Source: a bacterium
GTDB lineage: Bacteria; Bacteroidota; Ignavibacteria; UBA10030
Reading direction: 5' to 3'
DNA: 20,432 nucleotides
Assembly (NCBI GenBank): GCA_043803945.1
Contig: JAZDJN010000075.1
Location: 1 to 20,432, forward strand
Positions 17,658 to 20,432 of the stretch are shown piece after piece (positions within the stretch are counted from its first letter, which is position 1; every line of letters begins with the position of its first letter). Under the pieces are notes generated by a model. It did not search any database. It saw only the letters and a list, made by a program, of their open reading frames with translations, and was not told the origin of the DNA. The position numbers were made by a program, and so were the translations under genes.

Positions 17658-18632
17658 ATGAAACATAATGTCGTTCTCTATTCTTTCACGCTTTTCCTGG
17701 CTGCTCTCTCCCAGCTTTTGGCCGGTGAGAAAGTAGGAACAACCTCTTTTCAATTCTTAAAGATGCCGCTGGATGCGAGGTCTGCAGCGATGGGAGGTGC
17801 TGCCATATCCTCCGTCAATACTTCGGAAGCACTCTTCTGGAATCCAGCAGGATTGAGAAGGACAACCGGGCTCGATGTTTCTACCTCCTATGTCGATTAT
17901 TTTTTAGATGTCAATATGTTTTCGGGCGCCATCTCAATGCCGCTCGGTCAATCCAGTGCTGTAGGCCTCTTTGCCGTTGTTGTCGATTATGGTTCCATTG
18001 ATGTAACAGATGCCGATCACCTCTTTTTCAATGCAGATTGGACCTATAATCCCGGACTGACAGGAGAAAAGATAAATCCTCGTGCAAGCGTCTTCGGAAT
18101 TTCTTATGCTCTCTCGGTAACCGATAAGCTCACATTTGGAGTCTCTGCCAAGTACCAACGGGAAGACCTCATCATGGCAAAGGGATCCACCGTTGCATTT
18201 GATGGCGGGTTGACCTTTGATACGGGATGGCGGACGCTTCGCTTCGGAGCTGCAATTAGAAATTTTGGCCCGGATGTGACATTCATTAAAGAATCATATC
18301 CATTGCCCGAGACCTTTACTGTCGGCATTTCGGGGTATCTCTTTTCATCCAATGAGTCACTCTTCATGAAGTCGAGCTCACAAAGTCTTCTACTTTCCTA
18401 TGACTTGAGCCATCCACGAGATTATGACCAGCAACATCATTTCGGTGTTGAGTACACTGTCATGGATTTTCTCTCCCTTCGTGGAGGCTATAAGCTGAAT
18501 TTCGATGAAGAGGGAGTCACCTATGGCATCGGAGTGAAATTCAACAATTTCAGATTGGATTATGCTTATGATCACTTCGGTACTGTTTTACCTTCAGTGC
18601 ACCGCATCTCTATCGGTTATGCGCTGAATTAA
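17658..18632 (+). CDS. PorV/PorQ family (UPF0164-like) outer membrane beta-barrel protein
   Basis: GAGG SD; signal peptide; KVGTTSFQFLK..DARSAAMGGA..ALFWNPAGL; amphipathic strands; C-terminal LDYAY..HRISIGY; 324 aa. Confidence 0.85.
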   Translation: MKHNVVLYSFTLFLAALSQLLAGEKVGTTSFQFLKMPLDARSAAMGGAAISSVNTSEALFWNPAGLRRTTGLDVSTSYVDYFLDVNMFSGAISMPLGQSSAVGLFAVVVDYGSIDVTDADHLFFNADWTYNPGLTGEKINPRASVFGISYALSVTDKLTFGVSAKYQREDLIMAKGSTVAFDGGLTFDTGWRTLRFGAAIRNFGPDVTFIKESYPLPETFTVGISGYLFSSNESLFMKSSSQSLLLSYDLSHPRDYDQQHHFGVEYTVMDFLSLRGGYKLNFDEEGVTYGIGVKFNNFRLDYAYDHFGTVLPSVHRISIGYALN

Positions 18633-18651
18633 ACTCGAGGGAATTACCGTT

Positions 18652-20220
18652 ATGCTCGCAATCTCACAGACACAATTAAGATGCACCATGATCTTTCTAT
18701 TGATTATCGCTTCCTTCATGATTTCTGGAACACTGATAGCGCAGCATAATGGAGATCCCCTTCTTTTCCAGGGATTAACCGAGAGGAATCAAGTCGGTGT
18801 GAAAGGATCAGCATACGGTAATGCATTTACTTCACGCTCAAATGATTTAAACGCCCTGTTCTCCAATGCTGCCGGACTGGCCGATTTGCAGTCCATTCAA
18901 ATTTCTGTTTCTACTCACTATAGAGACTTCTTGACGAGAGACAACCAGAACTTTTATCCGGGGAGCGGGTATGTCGGTACATCATTGTATCTGGAACATC
19001 TGCTCATTCCGGATCCCGCATGGAACAACATCTGGGACGATTCTTTGAGAACGATTGTCTATGATTCCCTGGGCACGCCTATCGGAACGAATTGGTGGAA
19101 CGCCGATAAACTCCAGTGGCCGGTTCAGGGTGTCGATGATTACAGCAAAGAGGCCACCGACCATGAACAGACATTCAACAGGGTGGCATTTGATCATATC
19201 GCCATAGCAGTTCCTTTTAAATTTGAAGGAAAGCACTTCGTCGTAGCAGCTTCGTACAATCGGCAATACGATGTCTACGACTACGACTGGAATGGCTCCT
19301 ACCTGGATCCGCATTGGGGTTCGTCGGATATTATTCAGGCTGCCCCGGGATCTATCGTTCGCAGTAACTGGTCTGTTTTTTCACGCCGCCGTACAGGAGG
19401 GCTCTATGCGTTTACTGGAGCCTTGGCCTTCCAGTATGATGACCATCTATTACTTGGAACAAAGTTGAATTGGGTTTCGGGAAAATCAACGGACGAACAA
19501 ACACTCGACAGAATAGGCTACTTTCGCTTCAAGCATGGCGAGAACCAATCGAGATGGTCTTTCTCCTATGAGACCAATGGCCAACAGATCAATGGTACTT
19601 CTGAGTATCGTACATCAGAACTCTCTCTCGGTGCGCTCTATACATCGAGCACTCTGAACCTTGGACTTAACATTCAGCTTCTCTCTACAATTACAAGAAC
19701 ATGGTCCTATTCGACACAACTCATAGACTCCTCTAATGTTACCACTTCGATAATATCTGGCATCGACAAAGTGCATATGCCTGCAATCTATACGGCAGGA
19801 ATTACCATTAAGCCAAACCAGGGTCTGATCGTATCGTTTGCCTATGAATATAATGCACTCAGTACAGCGAAGTATGAATTGAGCCGCGGCACTCCAGATT
19901 CCCTCCCATACTATGCACGATGGGTGGATCAAATCTCTTTACGCGCAGGTATTGAATACTCCATTTCCAGCACGGTAACAATCCTCGGAGGATATCAAAC
20001 TCGAGGGGCTCCATTCATCGGCTATGGTGTGGCAATCAGAGATGCCGGTGCACCGATGGAGAGTTATTCATGTGGTATAAGTTTATCCATTGTGTATGGC
20101 CGATTTGATGTGGCGTACATTGTTAACCGATTGAAGTACTATGATGTGTATATGACCAATAGAAATTTCACCCTGGAGCAATCACAGCGTCTTTCTTTAG
20201 GCTATACAATGAGTTTGTGA
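18652..20220 (+). CDS. Outer membrane beta-barrel protein, FadL/OmpP1/PorV-like superfamily
   Basis: Signal peptide ending LIA/Q; hatch-like motif GVKGSAYGNAFTSRSNDLNALFSNAAGLA; many alternating beta-strands (LRAGIEY, FDVAY, LSLGYTMSL). Confidence 0.7.
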   Translation: MLAISQTQLRCTMIFLLIIASFMISGTLIAQHNGDPLLFQGLTERNQVGVKGSAYGNAFTSRSNDLNALFSNAAGLADLQSIQISVSTHYRDFLTRDNQNFYPGSGYVGTSLYLEHLLIPDPAWNNIWDDSLRTIVYDSLGTPIGTNWWNADKLQWPVQGVDDYSKEATDHEQTFNRVAFDHIAIAVPFKFEGKHFVVAASYNRQYDVYDYDWNGSYLDPHWGSSDIIQAAPGSIVRSNWSVFSRRRTGGLYAFTGALAFQYDDHLLLGTKLNWVSGKSTDEQTLDRIGYFRFKHGENQSRWSFSYETNGQQINGTSEYRTSELSLGALYTSSTLNLGLNIQLLSTITRTWSYSTQLIDSSNVTTSIISGIDKVHMPAIYTAGITIKPNQGLIVSFAYEYNALSTAKYELSRGTPDSLPYYARWVDQISLRAGIEYSISSTVTILGGYQTRGAPFIGYGVAIRDAGAPMESYSCGISLSIVYGRFDVAYIVNRLKYYDVYMTNRNFTLEQSQRLSLGYTMSL

Positions 20221-20280
20221 TATCGTATATTCCAATGGTTTGGTATTCTTTTTTATTCTAGAAACTTGGACGAAAAGTCC

Positions 20281-20417
20281 AACCACAAAGAACACTAAGG
20301 ATGCGAAGAATAAAAAGAAAAAGGAGTAATGGAAATTTAAATTAATTCAACAGTTTTTCCTTTGTGTCCTTGGTGAACTTTTCAGCCAGAGGCTGATGCG
20401 CCTTTGGTGCAGTGGTT
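20281..20417. repeat. Long imperfect inverted repeat built from 9-nt units, with a 30-nt double-hairpin inserted in the right arm
   Basis: Left arm 20281-20308 pairs with 20360-20381 plus 20412-20417 (22/28 Watson-Crick, 4 G-U, 2 mismatches); insert at 20382-20411. Confidence 0.72.
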
Positions 20418-20432
20418 TGATTATGTTCTTAA

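Noticed and set aside
760-19932. Numerous 60-210 aa alternative-frame and antisense ORFs in the track (e.g. 2931..3566 +, 5055..5516 +, 9713..10225 +)
   Set aside because: They lie within or largely overlap well-supported genes, lack recognisable motifs and look like shadow ORFs.
20229-20254. Possible intrinsic terminator or third operator (CCAA-TGGT-TTGG then a T-run; TTGGTATTCTTT)
   Set aside because: The stem has only 4 firm base pairs and the operator match is only 8/12; too weak to call.
20281-20417. CRISPR array or tRNA
   Set aside because: There are no direct repeats with unique spacers and no cloverleaf; the structure is an inverted repeat.

Overview
This window holds an apparently complete, divergently transcribed carbohydrate-utilisation locus. 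It most likely comes from an FCB-group bacterium outside classical Bacteroidia (Ignavibacteria/KSB1/Calditrichota-like). That placement is inferred from the T9SS-type CTD and PorV-like genes, Gln after most predicted signal peptides, and canonical TTGACA/TATAAT promoters with strong SD sites. The minus-strand arm (11916->211) encodes, in order: an AraR-like GntR-HTH/LacI-sensor regulator, a secreted tandem DUF1080 protein, a secreted DUF4962/heparinase II-III (PL15-like) lyase, a Spy/CpxP-like helical protein, two Tat-exported TIM-barrel isomerase-family paralogs, a Gfo/Idh/MocA oxidoreductase, an MFS transporter and a cytoplasmic TIM-barrel protein. These are the family components of the oxidative 3-keto-glycoside cleavage route, plus a lyase. 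The plus-strand arm (12269->20220) encodes a TonB-dependent receptor, a 779-aa protein with a T9SS-like C-terminal sorting domain, a PorV/PorQ-like barrel and a second FadL-like barrel, with no SusD. Between the arms lie two back-to-back sigma70 promoters in near mirror symmetry, each overlapped by a TTGGTATACCAA-type palindrome. The window ends with a nested inverted-repeat element. All functional calls come from motifs recognised by eye; no searches were run.
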